Numbered from the stretch's first letter, positions 9,681-20,107 are shown. The stretch: DNA of 64,000 nucleotides from Candidatus Peribacteria bacterium (GCA_023245775.1 JAHFJR010000001.1:6523-70522), one strand, 5' to 3'. Program-made: numbers and translations. Notes: generated by a model not told the origin, from the letters alone.

Positions 9681-9923
9681 CTATTTACCTTTTCTGAACC
9701 CCCAACCCTTTCTGAATCTATGACCTGCTCTTGTTTCTCTTGGAGAGATACAAGGAACATTTGACGATTCGGTATGTGTTTGAGATGTACTAGCTTCGAA
9801 AAGTTTTCGAAGCTTATCAAGTCCCTCTTTTTCGGCAATACTTTGAAGAGCAGCATTCAGCGTGTCGGGATGAGTCATGAGTGTATCGATAGCCGTTTGA
9901 TCTTCTGGGGTAAGTTCAGTCAT
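9681..9923 (-). CDS. hypothetical protein
   Basis: 80-aa ORF directly downstream of the 9928-11247 ORF. Confidence 0.5.
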   Translation of the reverse strand: MTELTPEDQTAIDTLMTHPDTLNAALQSIAEKEGLDKLRKLFEASTSQTHTESSNVPCISPRETRAGHRFRKGWGFRKGK

Positions 9924-9927
9924 AGGA

Positions 9928-11247
9928 TTATTCTACGCGTGAATGTAGGTTCAGCATTGATTCAGCAATATCGTTCCACTTCAGTTCGATATGCGAAGTT
10001 TTCCCTTCGCCGTACGCAATAAGGATGGTCGTACTAGGAGAGAGCGTCATATTTTTTCGTGTTCCTTCTGCATAGTATTGAACTGAGTCATAGATTGTCT
10101 TTGGGTCCAACACAATTCCACCAGTGTGATGCAGCACCATTTTAATGCCCAAACTTGGCACTTCCATACCAAATTGTCCGGGAACAATACTCAATGCTCC
10201 TGCTTGAGTATCAACCTCGTATGCACTCGGTGAGAAAAATTTTTTATTCGTTACAAAATACATGGAGTCTAGGCGACCGCCCCACTGCGCATGAGGTGTC
10301 CAGATTGTCCTGTATCCATCTGGTATTGGCTTTCCTAAGGTTGTATTTGCATGGAACCTTCTTTCTATATCAGGCACGAATTCCCTGTTCATCTGGAGCC
10401 ATTCATCTCGGGTGGGAAGACGTCGATAGAGTCGGTTATCTGTGAGTCGGGTCTGTGGTAATTGCTCATGCAATTCCTTACTCCGCTGCAGCACTTTTCC
10501 AAGCACTTCATCACTACCAAAAATTTCTTTCCATGCATGTAGCCACGCTGTGTAGAAGGGGATGCTTGGGGCGTTATCCAACCGTCCGAATGTTGGAACA
10601 CCCCAGCCTTCCTCGCCTTTTAAAATAATTGGTTTTTTGAAATTGTGCGCTATGTCGTATCGGCTAGTTATTTCATCATTATTTTTTCCAAGTATCTCTT
10701 GAACAAAGCAGGAAGGTAATTCCTGAATGGGCAGGTCGGAAGGGAGATGACTACCAAAACCCATATGGCCAAATTCATGATGCGCTATACTTAGGATTTG
10801 GGAGGCACTGTTTGTGTCACTGCCTATCCTAAATTCTTCATATTCTGTTCTATCCTCTCTGAGATCAGTCACTTTTAGTTCTTCTTTTCCGGTCCTCATA
10901 CAAGAGAAATCCGATCGTTGGAAGTTTCTTGCTGCTGCTCTGAAGCTTGGAGCTTCCCCTTCCCAAACTACGTTTAGATCTTGTGGAATGAGAGAGAATC
11001 GCTCTGCAAACTGAGCTTTCGCTGCCTCCAGAATCGGTCTGAATTTTCCCTCGAATGCGGTGTTACCTCCCGGGTAGAGAGCGTTCTGTTCACTGTTGAA
11101 GTGCAGAAATTCTGGAGTATGAAGAACTTCATTCACTCTTGTCGCAATAGTACCCTGATGGGATTCTGTAACTGGCAGGGCGGTCTGGTTCTCTGCAAGA
11201 AACGAAAAAAATGCATCAAGATCGTTTGAATCAGATTTTTCACTCAT
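9928..11247 (-). CDS. hypothetical protein with HExxH motif
   Basis: 439-aa AT-richer ORF; AHHEFGH. Confidence 0.65.
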   Translation of the reverse strand: MSEKSDSNDLDAFFSFLAENQTALPVTESHQGTIATRVNEVLHTPEFLHFNSEQNALYPGGNTAFEGKFRPILEAAKAQFAERFSLIPQDLNVVWEGEAPSFRAAARNFQRSDFSCMRTGKEELKVTDLREDRTEYEEFRIGSDTNSASQILSIAHHEFGHMGFGSHLPSDLPIQELPSCFVQEILGKNNDEITSRYDIAHNFKKPIILKGEEGWGVPTFGRLDNAPSIPFYTAWLHAWKEIFGSDEVLGKVLQRSKELHEQLPQTRLTDNRLYRRLPTRDEWLQMNREFVPDIERRFHANTTLGKPIPDGYRTIWTPHAQWGGRLDSMYFVTNKKFFSPSAYEVDTQAGALSIVPGQFGMEVPSLGIKMVLHHTGGIVLDPKTIYDSVQYYAEGTRKNMTLSPSTTILIAYGEGKTSHIELKWNDIAESMLNLHSRVE

Positions 11248-11266
11248 ATATACATATTAACATATT

Positions 11267-12211
11267 TTAAGTATATTTCAAATACCACTCCACCGTTTTC
11301 TTTATCCCCTCCTCGAAGCTTGTCTTCGGGTTATAGCCAAGCGCCTTTCGCGCCTTCGAGATATTCGCAACATAGCGAATGACTTCGCCCGTTCGCGGGG
11401 CACCGACGGTGACCTCCGATGAGCTTCGAAGCAATTTCTTGATCGTCTCAGCGAGATGCACGATCGTCGTACCTGTACCTGTTGCGAGGTTATACGTTGT
11501 GTTCTTCGCCGACTCGAATTTTTCAATTCCTGCGATGATTCCTGAGACCGTGTCATCGATGTAGGTGAAGTCGAGGCATTTGTCTTTTCCGAAAATCGTC
11601 ATCGGTTCGTTCTTGCGTGCGAGGCGGATGAAGAGGGGAACGACGCGCACCGAGTCGTCGTATGAGCCATAGACATTGCTGAATCTGAACGTGATCTGAT
11701 CGATGCCGTAACAACGTCTGTACGCCTCGACGAGCGCTTCGCCACCGACTTTGCTCGCGGTGTAGGGACTCTCGCAGTTCTCGACTCGGACCATGTCTTC
11801 GCTATACGTATCGGTGCCGGCATTCCCATAACTCTCACGCGAACTGGCGAAGATGAATTTCTTGATGCCGCTCGTGCGTGTGAATTCGAGCGTATTGAAG
11901 AGGGTGATGAAGTTATCCAGTGCCCGCTTGGGGTGTTCCACGAGTTCATAGACACGTGCATTTGCGGCGAGATGGACGATCAGGTCAGCTTTGAGCTTTG
12001 CCTGTCCGCCGGAGCCTTGGCGAAGGAGGGAGCTTTGAGCTTTGAGCGCTTCTGCATCACGCAGATCTATCAGCTGCGTGAGCTTCTGGATCTTTGGATT
12101 CCACTTATTTGGGAGCCAATCAATGCCGATCACCTCGTGTCCAGCTTCCAGAAGCCGTTCAGAGAGCCGCGTGCCGATGGTGCCGGAGGAACCGGTAATA
12201 AGAATTCTCAT
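11267..12211 (-). CDS. NAD-dependent epimerase/dehydratase
   Basis: ITGSSGTIG, SPYTASK, RFSNVYG; carries a repeat-derived insert. Confidence 0.9.
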   Translation of the reverse strand: MRILITGSSGTIGTRLSERLLEAGHEVIGIDWLPNKWNPKIQKLTQLIDLRDAEALKAQSSLLRQGSGGQAKLKADLIVHLAANARVYELVEHPKRALDNFITLFNTLEFTRTSGIKKFIFASSRESYGNAGTDTYSEDMVRVENCESPYTASKVGGEALVEAYRRCYGIDQITFRFSNVYGSYDDSVRVVPLFIRLARKNEPMTIFGKDKCLDFTYIDDTVSGIIAGIEKFESAKNTTYNLATGTGTTIVHLAETIKKLLRSSSEVTVGAPRTGEVIRYVANISKARKALGYNPKTSFEEGIKKTVEWYLKYT

Positions 12212-12312
12212 GAGTTTCTTGCTGGCAGATGAAAGCTTGAGACAATTCTACAGTATACATTCTACATTTACATTGTAACGACAAACACTCTTCACATCCC
12301 TACACTGTCCCC

Positions 12313-13308
12313 GTGCTCTCCCTCATCCTTCCGACCTACAATGAGGCGCAAAATGTCATGAGCCTCCTCGGGCATCTCGATGGAGTGCTGCGTGATACGC
12401 CTCATGAGATCATCGTGGTGGATGATGATTCGCCCGATGGGACAGCGAACGTTGTGGCAGAGTTCGCACGCTTGCATCGACGTGTCAAGGTGTTGCCTCG
12501 TCGAGGGAAGAAGGGTCTCAGTTCGGCTGTGGTCGACGGGTTCGATGCCGCGCATGGCACGGTGCTGGCGGTGATGGATGCCGATTTGCAGCACGATGCG
12601 TTGCTGCTCCTTCGCTTGCTTGCAGCCATTGAACAGGGCACGGATCTCAGTATTGGTTCACGCTACATGGAGGGGGGGAGTATTGGCGATTGGGTTGTGG
12701 ATCGTCGCATCATCAGCTCGACAGGGACATTCTTCGCAAGACGCCTTGCTCGTGTTCCCGTGACGGATCCTCTCGGTGGTTTCTTCGCGATCCGCGCCGA
12801 TCTCTACCGTTCGATTCGCCCGAGGCTTCGGCCGACCGGCTTCAAGATTCTCCTCGAAATTCTTGCGCACGTTCCGTCTTCGACACGCGTTCTCGAGATC
12901 CCGTTGATTTTTCGTATGCGTCTCCATGGCCAGAGCAAGCTCTCGCTCGGCGTGCACGTCACGTTTGCCTATCAGGTGCTCAGGCTTGCTCTCTCCAGAG
13001 CCCTCGAGAAGATCACGGCATACGGTTCTCGTCTCTTCCTGTGCTGTCTCCTCCTTGGATCTTTCTTCATCGTTCCTCGTCTCTGGTCCATTGGACTCCT
13101 GTACATGCATGCGTCTCTGCGGCATGAGGTGCAGGCTTCTTTGCAGATGGTTGCTGACAGACAGGGATGGCTGCTATCGGACATCGAGCTCACCGCAGTG
13201 ACTCCTGCATCGGTGTCGATCCTTCATCGTGTTCATCTTCGTTCTTCGACACCACCTCGTTCCTGTTCCATCGATCTGCATACTTCACTCCTCTCATGCG
13301 TCGACTGA
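12313..13308 (+). CDS. polyprenol-phosphate mannose synthase-like GT2 with C-terminal TM domain
   Basis: LPTYNE, VDDDSPDGT, MDADLQH, GFKILLE. Confidence 0.88.
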   Translation: MLSLILPTYNEAQNVMSLLGHLDGVLRDTPHEIIVVDDDSPDGTANVVAEFARLHRRVKVLPRRGKKGLSSAVVDGFDAAHGTVLAVMDADLQHDALLLLRLLAAIEQGTDLSIGSRYMEGGSIGDWVVDRRIISSTGTFFARRLARVPVTDPLGGFFAIRADLYRSIRPRLRPTGFKILLEILAHVPSSTRVLEIPLIFRMRLHGQSKLSLGVHVTFAYQVLRLALSRALEKITAYGSRLFLCCLLLGSFFIVPRLWSIGLLYMHASLRHEVQASLQMVADRQGWLLSDIELTAVTPASVSILHRVHLRSSTPPRSCSIDLHTSLLSCVD

Positions 13309-14504
13309 TCTTCTCCCATGGGCTTCTCGAACTCTATGCACTTGCACTCGCTGTCGTGCAGTTGCCCGGAGGCGTGCGTACGGACGAAGCCAAGTACCTG
13401 CTCTCCATTCCCTATCCGCACCCACCGCTCCTACGTACGCTCTTCGCGTCGCTCTCATGGATGCCATATCAAGAGCTCTTCTGGAGATTCGTGATTGCGA
13501 GTGCCGTCGTCCAGGCCGTGTGGTTGCTGTGGGATCTGGGCTACGTCTTCCCTCGTCCCAAGCGTCTTGCACTCGCTTCGAGTTGGCTCTTCAGTGCGGC
13601 GGTGGTGTTGCAGGCAGGCACGGTGATGATGGCTCCACTGACGGCTCTCTTCGGCTTGGTGTGTGTGTGGCTCGTGCTTCGTCCACATCCGATTGCGAAG
13701 ACATCTGCTCCGCTCATCGGACTCTTCTGGTTCCTGGGCCTCTTCAGTATCTATCAGACTGTCCTGTATCTCCCCTTACTCCTCGGTGTGTTTCGCAAGG
13801 CGCATCTGAGGGCGAGAGACTTCTGTCTCTTCCTTGGCATGCCGCTCTTACTCCTCGTTCTCTACACGGTCGCTCATCCGCTTCTTCTTGCAAGTATTGT
13901 TCATGTGGGTTCGCAAGATGCTGCTCTACCGATCTCACTGCGACTGTGGAAGATCCTCTGGATCTTGCTCGTATCCGGTAGTGGCATGCTGACGGTTGTT
14001 GGCATTGCAGGCATTCTTGTGAGTGGGAGGAAGGAACTGCTTGTTACACTCATGGCACTTGTCTCCTACATCGCACTGACGAGTCAGGAGTACTACGCGA
14101 TCTTGCTCACCCCTCTCCTCGCTTCCGGAGTCTTTTTGCTCCTCTGCAAACGCAGACTGTCGAGTACGTGTTACCTTCCCCCCCATGTGCTCATGAGTGT
14201 CCTCTTTGTCTTCACGCTGTTTCCATCAGCGCATCCAAGTTCTGCGCGTGAGACGATGCACTTCCTCAGGACGCACGGAGTGACTTCGATGCAGGAATTT
14301 CTCTTGATGGACGGACCTTTTGGTCATGAGTGGCAGTACGAGAGCAGCGCTCCGATTGGGCGATTCACGCAACAAGTATCATCGAGCATCGAAGACCGTG
14401 CACAGGCCATTGTGTGTACGAAGAAGACCTGCGAAGAAGACGTGAATACGGAGATGTGGAAACGTTTGGACGGAGCACCAGTGGAGGTGTGGATACGACG
14501 GTAA
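13296..14504 (+). CDS. polytopic membrane protein, GT-C-like
   Basis: DE..Y and HPPL motifs typical of ArnT/PMT-like proteins; many TMs. Confidence 0.6.
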   Translation: MRRLIFSHGLLELYALALAVVQLPGGVRTDEAKYLLSIPYPHPPLLRTLFASLSWMPYQELFWRFVIASAVVQAVWLLWDLGYVFPRPKRLALASSWLFSAAVVLQAGTVMMAPLTALFGLVCVWLVLRPHPIAKTSAPLIGLFWFLGLFSIYQTVLYLPLLLGVFRKAHLRARDFCLFLGMPLLLLVLYTVAHPLLLASIVHVGSQDAALPISLRLWKILWILLVSGSGMLTVVGIAGILVSGRKELLVTLMALVSYIALTSQEYYAILLTPLLASGVFLLLCKRRLSSTCYLPPHVLMSVLFVFTLFPSAHPSSARETMHFLRTHGVTSMQEFLLMDGPFGHEWQYESSAPIGRFTQQVSSSIEDRAQAIVCTKKTCEEDVNTEMWKRLDGAPVEVWIRR

Positions 14505-14532
14505 AGAGTGAAAAGTGCACGTTCCACTCATT

Positions 14533-15480
14533 TCATAGTCCGTAGTATGCCCTGTACCACTCGACAAATTTTGGTACGCCTTCCGCGATTCTCGTCTTCG
14601 GTTCGTACCCAAGCATCTTCTTCGCTCTCGAAATATCCGCAAGACTCGCGCGTACATCACCGGGTTGCATCGGCAGGTACTCTTTCCTCGCTTCTCTGCC
14701 GCAGCTCTGTTCGATGAGTCGAACATACTCCATCAGTTCCTCTTGTCTTCCGCAGCCGAGGTTGAATAGTTCCTCGGGATAATTCTTGTCGCAGGAGGCG
14801 AGAATGCCCGCGACAATGTCATCGACGTAGGTGAAGTCACGTTGCATCTTCCCTTCTCCGTAGATACTGAGGGGACGGTCATGCAGGAGGGCATCGGTGA
14901 ACAGGAACAACGCCATATCGGGTCTGCCGTAGGGTCCGTAGACCGTGAAGAACCTTAGTCCCGTGACGGGGATGCTATAGAGATGATGGTATGTGTGAGC
15001 CATCAACTCATTATCTTTCTTGTTCATCCCGTAGAGCGAAATCTGATCGTCCGTGCGATCGGCTTCGGATGCGGGCAGTTTCTCATTGCCGCCGTAGACC
15101 GAACTGCTGCTTGCATAGATCAATCCCTTGACCTTCTGTTTTCGCACTTCGTCGATGATATGGAAGAACCCGCGAATGTTGATATCGATGTACTCGTCGG
15201 GATGCTCGAACGCGTACCGTACTCCAGCAAGTGCCGCGAGGTGGATGACGCGATCGACGCCGTTCATGGCCTTCGCGACGGTTGCACGATCGAGAATGTC
15301 GCCTCGGATGAACGTGAATCCTTCTCTGCCTTCGAGGAGCTTCAGTCGTGCTTCCTTGAGAGTCGGGTCGTAGTAATTGCTGACATTATCCAACCCCACG
15401 ACCTCATCCCCGCGCTCGAGAAGCTTGCAAATCGTGTGGTAGCCGATGAAGCCGGCAGCACCGGTTAAGAGGATTTTCAT
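14533..15480 (-). CDS. UDP-glucuronate 4-epimerase-like SDR
   Basis: TGAAGFIG, AGVRY, RFFTVYGPYGRPDMA. Confidence 0.92.
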   Translation of the reverse strand: MKILLTGAAGFIGYHTICKLLERGDEVVGLDNVSNYYDPTLKEARLKLLEGREGFTFIRGDILDRATVAKAMNGVDRVIHLAALAGVRYAFEHPDEYIDINIRGFFHIIDEVRKQKVKGLIYASSSSVYGGNEKLPASEADRTDDQISLYGMNKKDNELMAHTYHHLYSIPVTGLRFFTVYGPYGRPDMALFLFTDALLHDRPLSIYGEGKMQRDFTYVDDIVAGILASCDKNYPEELFNLGCGRQEELMEYVRLIEQSCGREARKEYLPMQPGDVRASLADISRAKKMLGYEPKTRIAEGVPKFVEWYRAYYGL

Positions 15481-15540
15481 AGGTTCGCGTGAAAACACGT
15501 GCAGTATAGCATGTGGAATCTTCTCCTCTTCACTTGCAGA

Positions 15541-15705
15541 TTACTGACTCTGCTCATTGAGCAGTGCTTCCACTCTTTTGTTGTACTCTTCCAGAGCTTC
15601 TCTGCCCGTACATTCACTCATATGCATGCTTGCGGTCAGCTCTAGGCGCTGGCGCATGGTCAGTTCCGCATCACTCATTGAATTTCTTTCGTTCGATCGT
15701 TCCAT
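15541..15705 (-). CDS. small hypothetical protein (54 aa)
   Basis: Manual translation MERSNERNSM...LLNEQSQ*. Confidence 0.4.
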   Translation of the reverse strand: MERSNERNSMSDAELTMRQRLELTASMHMSECTGREALEEYNKRVEALLNEQSQ

Positions 15706-15824
15706 ACGTGCTGGAGATAGGAATAAAATGGACGGTCATCATATCCCTATTCCAAAGTATTGCAATGCTTCAGGTCTGACTATTTCAGGTACAGATACTG
15801 CAGTCTTTGATGCTGCATCGCGGC

Positions 15825-16076
15825 TTACTGTCCGTCGCCGCTCACAAGATCCTCTGCCTCATGCTCTACTGCCCGATGGAAGAAGGCTTCGTCAGGGACT
15901 TCGAATGTTGCATTAGGGATGACAGCTGCAATCGCTGCTTTTACCCCTGATATTTCCTGAAGATGTCCAATAGCTATCAGCTCATCTTCATCGAGATCTC
16001 CTACATCTCGAATCACACGATTTTCTGTTCCTGTTTCTCCGAATTCACGTGTAGTTTCTGTCATCAATGTCGTCAT
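15825..16076 (-). CDS. small acidic hypothetical protein
   Basis: 83-aa ORF co-oriented with ugd. Confidence 0.5.
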   Translation of the reverse strand: MTTLMTETTREFGETGTENRVIRDVGDLDEDELIAIGHLQEISGVKAAIAAVIPNATFEVPDEAFFHRAVEHEAEDLVSGDGQ

Positions 16077-16097
16077 AGGGGGGAGGGGAAATTTCGC

Positions 16098-17411
16098 CTA
16101 CCGTACACCGATGCCGACGTACTGCAAATGTTCTCTCCTCACCTGCTCGGGTTCATAGCAATTCCTTGCGTCAAAAACGAGGTTGCCCTTCATTGCACTC
16201 TTCAGTTTCTTCAGGTCGATTCCGCGGAATTCGTCCCACTCTGTCAAAAGCACCACGGCATCGGCGTCTTTCGCTGCATCCATTGGTGAATGCACGAGGA
16301 TCGTCTCTTTCGGAAGGAGGGGCTTCGCACGATCCATCGCGACCGGATCGAATGCACGCACCGTGTGACCGGCCTTGATCAGAGAGGGAATGACATCGAG
16401 GCTGGGGGCTTCGCGCATGTCGTCGGTTTTTGGTTTGAAGGCGAGACCCCACACAGCGATGGTCGATTTCTTCGGGAGCACCGCCAGCATTTTTTTGATG
16501 AAACGTTCGCGTTGGTTCACATTCACCTTGTCCGTCGCTTCAACGATCGGCATCGAGAGGCCGTGCTCTTTCGCTGTTACGAGCAGCGCCTTCACGTCTT
16601 TTGGGAAGCAGCTGCCGCCATAGCCGATCCCTGCATGCAGGAACTTGGGTCCGATGCGATGGTCCAGTCCCATGCCGAGAGCGATATCGCGTATATTTGC
16701 CCCCGAGACTTCGGCGAGTTCTGTGAGCATGTTGATGAAGCTGATCTTCGTTGCGAGGAAGGCGTTACTTGCATACTTCACGATCTCCGCACTCTCGCGT
16801 GTCATGAAGACGAGCGGCTTTCCCACCCGTGTGATCGGATGATACAGCTTTTCCATGAGCATTCTTGCCGTCCCCGTTTCTCCATTGATTCCTATCACAA
16901 TTCTGTCCGGCATCAGCGTATCCGTCACCGCGAGACCTTCGCGGAGGAACTCCGGATTGCTGACGACGGGAATCGTGATCTTCGATTTCCTCCCGCTCAG
17001 GATCTTTGCAATACGTTCCTCGCAGAGTTTCCCCGTGCCGACGGGGACGGTCGATTTGTTGACGAAGATGAGATCATGCTTCGCATGTTTCGCGACGGTG
17101 TCTGCAACGATGAAGACGGCGCGAAGGTCCGCCTTATGATTCTCGCCCTGCGGAGTCGCGACGGCGGAGAAGACGATTTTTGTTTCTGGTAATGCTTCCT
17201 CGAGTTTCGTGGTGAACGTCAGTCGTCCGCTCTTCAGTCCGGATTTCAGCAGTTCCTCAAGTCCGGGTTCGTAGATCGGACTTTCTCCTCCTTTCAGCAT
17301 CGCTACTTTTGCTTCATCGATATCGACGCCGACCACCTCGTGACCCAGTTCGGCGAAGCAGGCCGCAGAGACGAGGCCGACGTAGCCGGTACCGACAATC
17401 GCTATTTTCAT
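16098..17411 (-). CDS. ugd: UDP-glucose 6-dehydrogenase
   Basis: GTGYVGL, SNPEFLREG, GYGGSCFPKD, FKPKTDDMRE. Confidence 0.95.
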   Translation of the reverse strand: MKIAIVGTGYVGLVSAACFAELGHEVVGVDIDEAKVAMLKGGESPIYEPGLEELLKSGLKSGRLTFTTKLEEALPETKIVFSAVATPQGENHKADLRAVFIVADTVAKHAKHDLIFVNKSTVPVGTGKLCEERIAKILSGRKSKITIPVVSNPEFLREGLAVTDTLMPDRIVIGINGETGTARMLMEKLYHPITRVGKPLVFMTRESAEIVKYASNAFLATKISFINMLTELAEVSGANIRDIALGMGLDHRIGPKFLHAGIGYGGSCFPKDVKALLVTAKEHGLSMPIVEATDKVNVNQRERFIKKMLAVLPKKSTIAVWGLAFKPKTDDMREAPSLDVIPSLIKAGHTVRAFDPVAMDRAKPLLPKETILVHSPMDAAKDADAVVLLTEWDEFRGIDLKKLKSAMKGNLVFDARNCYEPEQVRREHLQYVGIGVR

Positions 17412-17455
17412 GGCTGCAGTGTACTCAAAAGAGGATCGGCATGTAAGATGCCCCT

Positions 17456-18403
17456 ATGAAATTTCTGATTCACGGTTCCATCGCCTATGACCTCCTCCTC
17501 TCCCATGAGGGTTCGTTCGTGGATGCCATCGATCCGAAGACGCTCGATCGGTTGTCCATCAATTACCTTGCGCAGGGATTCGTTCGCCATCACGGAGGCA
17601 CGGCAGCGAATATTTCCTGGAACTTGGCACTTCTTGGGGAGCAACCGATGGCGATCGGTGCGGTGGGGACGGATGGTGCTGAGTACCTGACGCTCCTGAA
17701 AGATCGCGGCATAGATCTTCGGTATGTCTCGCAGTCACGCACGGCGATCACAGCAACGGCGATCATCGCAACGGATAGCGGAGAGCGGCAGATAAGCTTC
17801 TTTCATCCGGGTGCGGATGGAGAGGCGGCGCTTCCGGATTTTTCCGATGAACGTGATACTGCGGCACTGTCGATCATCAGTCCGAGGAATCCTCTGCTCA
17901 TGCTCGAGGCCGCTCGAAGAAGTACAGCGTTGAAGATTCCCTACCTCTTCGATCCAGGACAAGTCGTCCATGCCTTTCGTCAGGATGATTTTCGTACCGC
18001 GCTCCAAGGGAGCAGGGGACTGATCGTGAACGAGTACGAGTGGTCGCTCGCTTCGGTGACACTCGGGTGGGATGAATCGGAGGTCGTGTCTCAGTGCGGC
18101 ATGCTTGTCAGAACTCTTGGTGACAAGGGTCTCGTGATCTTGACGAAAAAAGAAGCCGTCGAGATCCCCGCGTGTCCCCCGAGCAGGTTGATCAATCCTA
18201 CGGGTGCCGGAGACGCCGCGCGCGCGGGACTGCTCTTTGGATGTGCACGACAGTGGCCTCTCGTGCAGTCTGGAAGATTGGCTGCCATTCTGGGTTCGCT
18301 GGTGTGTGAGCAGGAGGGGACACTGCTGGATTCACTGGATATGGATCTGGTGAAGCAGAAAGCGAAGCAAACGTACGGGGAGGCGTTGCCAAGATTGCAG
18401 TAA
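17456..18403 (+). CDS. PfkB carbohydrate kinase, adenosine-kinase-like
   Basis: GSIAYD, GGTAANI, DPGQ, PTGAGDA; next to ahcY. Confidence 0.85.
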   Translation: MKFLIHGSIAYDLLLSHEGSFVDAIDPKTLDRLSINYLAQGFVRHHGGTAANISWNLALLGEQPMAIGAVGTDGAEYLTLLKDRGIDLRYVSQSRTAITATAIIATDSGERQISFFHPGADGEAALPDFSDERDTAALSIISPRNPLLMLEAARRSTALKIPYLFDPGQVVHAFRQDDFRTALQGSRGLIVNEYEWSLASVTLGWDESEVVSQCGMLVRTLGDKGLVILTKKEAVEIPACPPSRLINPTGAGDAARAGLLFGCARQWPLVQSGRLAAILGSLVCEQEGTLLDSLDMDLVKQKAKQTYGEALPRLQ

Positions 18404-18433
18404 TTTCCAAATCCAACATCGTACATTGTGCAC

Positions 18434-18514
18434 ACGACGCACCCCGAACGGGTGCTCCTTTTCATCTTTATTTTACTTCTACATGAAATGGAGCGAGCGT
18501 TCGGCTCGCGTTGT
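18434..18514. repeat. back-to-back pair of REP-like hairpin repeats
   Basis: Two GGAGC-stem-GTTCG-stem units in opposite orientation; similar units near 21817, 29441, 38540. Confidence 0.7.
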
Positions 18515-18611
18515 TCATGGTGAAGCTTTGTCGTTGAAATGAGCTTTAAGCTTTGCGCTTTTCACTTTAAGCTGTTACACGATTCGTTTCTGATTTTCTC
18601 CCCTTCTTCCC

Positions 18612-19865
18612 ATGTCCTACGTACTCGATCCGAAGCTTGCTGAACAAGGCCGTCTCAATCTCGAGATCGCCGAGAAGCGTATGGGTGCGCTGCTCGAGGT
18701 TCGCAAAAATTTCATCAAGACGAAACCGTTTGCTGGACTCACGATCGGCATGGCACTGCACGTGACGAAGGAGACGGGTATTCTCGTGCGCACATTGGTT
18801 GCAGGTGGAGCCAAGGTCGCGATCACGGGATGCAATCCGCTCTCGACGCAAGATGATATTGCCGCAGCACTTGCTGAAGAGAAGGATGTTCTGGTGTGGG
18901 CCTACAAGGGAGAGAATCGCGAGGACTACTACAAGTTCCTCTCGGCGGTGATCCAGCAGGAGCCGGATATTACCATTGACGATGGCTGTGATCTGGTCAC
19001 CGAGATGCACACGAAGCATCCCCATCTGCTTCCAAAGATGCTCGGTGGTTGCGAAGAGACGACGACGGGTATTCTGCGGCTGAAGTCCATGGTTCGAGAT
19101 GGCGCACTGAAGATCCCGATGATTGCGGTGAACGACAACCTCACGAAGCACCTGATGGATAACTACTACGGGACGGGTCAGTCCACATTCGATGGTGTCT
19201 TGAGGTCGACCAACATGCTGATCGCAGGGAAGACGGTTGTCGTCCTTGGCTACGGGAGCTGTGGCAAGGGTGTTGCGATGCGAGCCAAGGGGATGGGAGC
19301 ACAGGTGATCGTCACGGAGGTTGACCCCTTCTGCGCGCTGCAGGCTGCGATGGACGGACACCGTGTGATGGCAATGGATGAGGCGTGTGCACTCGGAGAT
19401 CTCTTCGTCACCGTGACGGGGAATCTGCATGTGATCCGTATGGAACACATCGAGAAGATGAAAGACGCAGCCGTCCTCGCGAATTCCGGACACTTCGACA
19501 ACGAGATCGACATGGCGACGCTCGAGAGGAAGGCGAGTCGCAAACGTCGTGTGCGTCACTACCTCGACGAGTACCTCCTGAAGTCGGGCCGCATTCTCTA
19601 CGTCGCGGGCGAAGGGCGCCTCGTGAATCTCGCGTCTGCGGAGGGACACCCGAGCGAGGTGATGAGTCTGTCGTTCTGCGGTCAGGCGCTCGCGTGTGAG
19701 TACCTCGTGAAACATCGTGGTTCTCTGAAGCCCGAGGTCATCACACTTCCACCGGAGATCGATACGTACATTGCAGGGTTGCAGCTTACGGCGATGGGAC
19801 TTCGCATCGATGCTCTGACTGAGGAGCAGAAGAAGTATCTTGGGAGTTGGCAGGAGGGAACGTAA
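18612..19865 (+). CDS. ahcY: S-adenosylhomocysteine hydrolase
   Basis: CNPLSTQD, DDGCD, EETTTG, DNYYGTGQS, NSGHFD. Confidence 0.97.
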   Translation: MSYVLDPKLAEQGRLNLEIAEKRMGALLEVRKNFIKTKPFAGLTIGMALHVTKETGILVRTLVAGGAKVAITGCNPLSTQDDIAAALAEEKDVLVWAYKGENREDYYKFLSAVIQQEPDITIDDGCDLVTEMHTKHPHLLPKMLGGCEETTTGILRLKSMVRDGALKIPMIAVNDNLTKHLMDNYYGTGQSTFDGVLRSTNMLIAGKTVVVLGYGSCGKGVAMRAKGMGAQVIVTEVDPFCALQAAMDGHRVMAMDEACALGDLFVTVTGNLHVIRMEHIEKMKDAAVLANSGHFDNEIDMATLERKASRKRRVRHYLDEYLLKSGRILYVAGEGRLVNLASAEGHPSEVMSLSFCGQALACEYLVKHRGSLKPEVITLPPEIDTYIAGLQLTAMGLRIDALTEEQKKYLGSWQEGT

Positions 19866-19870
19866 TTTTC

Positions 19871-19899
19871 ACGAGAGGAAAACTACGTTTTCCTCTCGT
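19871..19899. terminator. hairpin after ahcY
   Basis: ACGAGAGGAAAAC-TAC-GTTTTCCTCTCGT inverted repeat. Confidence 0.6.
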
Positions 19900-20107
19900 G
19901 GACTCTCTTTTCCTTCATTTGAGTCCTCCAGCCGCGGGGCCCACGCCTGCGTGCCGTAACACCGGCACTTCTCGCACACGAAGACGGCACTCCGGTGTGC
20001 AGGCACGAGACCCGCGTCTTCGGACAACTTTTTTATTAGGCATGCAACGATTGAATTCCATCGAATTTTCCTTTCATCGTTTCTGGAATATTGTAACATA
20101 CAACGTA

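Noticed and set aside
18404-18611. SAH riboswitch upstream of ahcY
   Set aside because: I could not find the SAH riboswitch core by eye; the hairpins belong to a dispersed repeat family. An Rfam scan would settle it.
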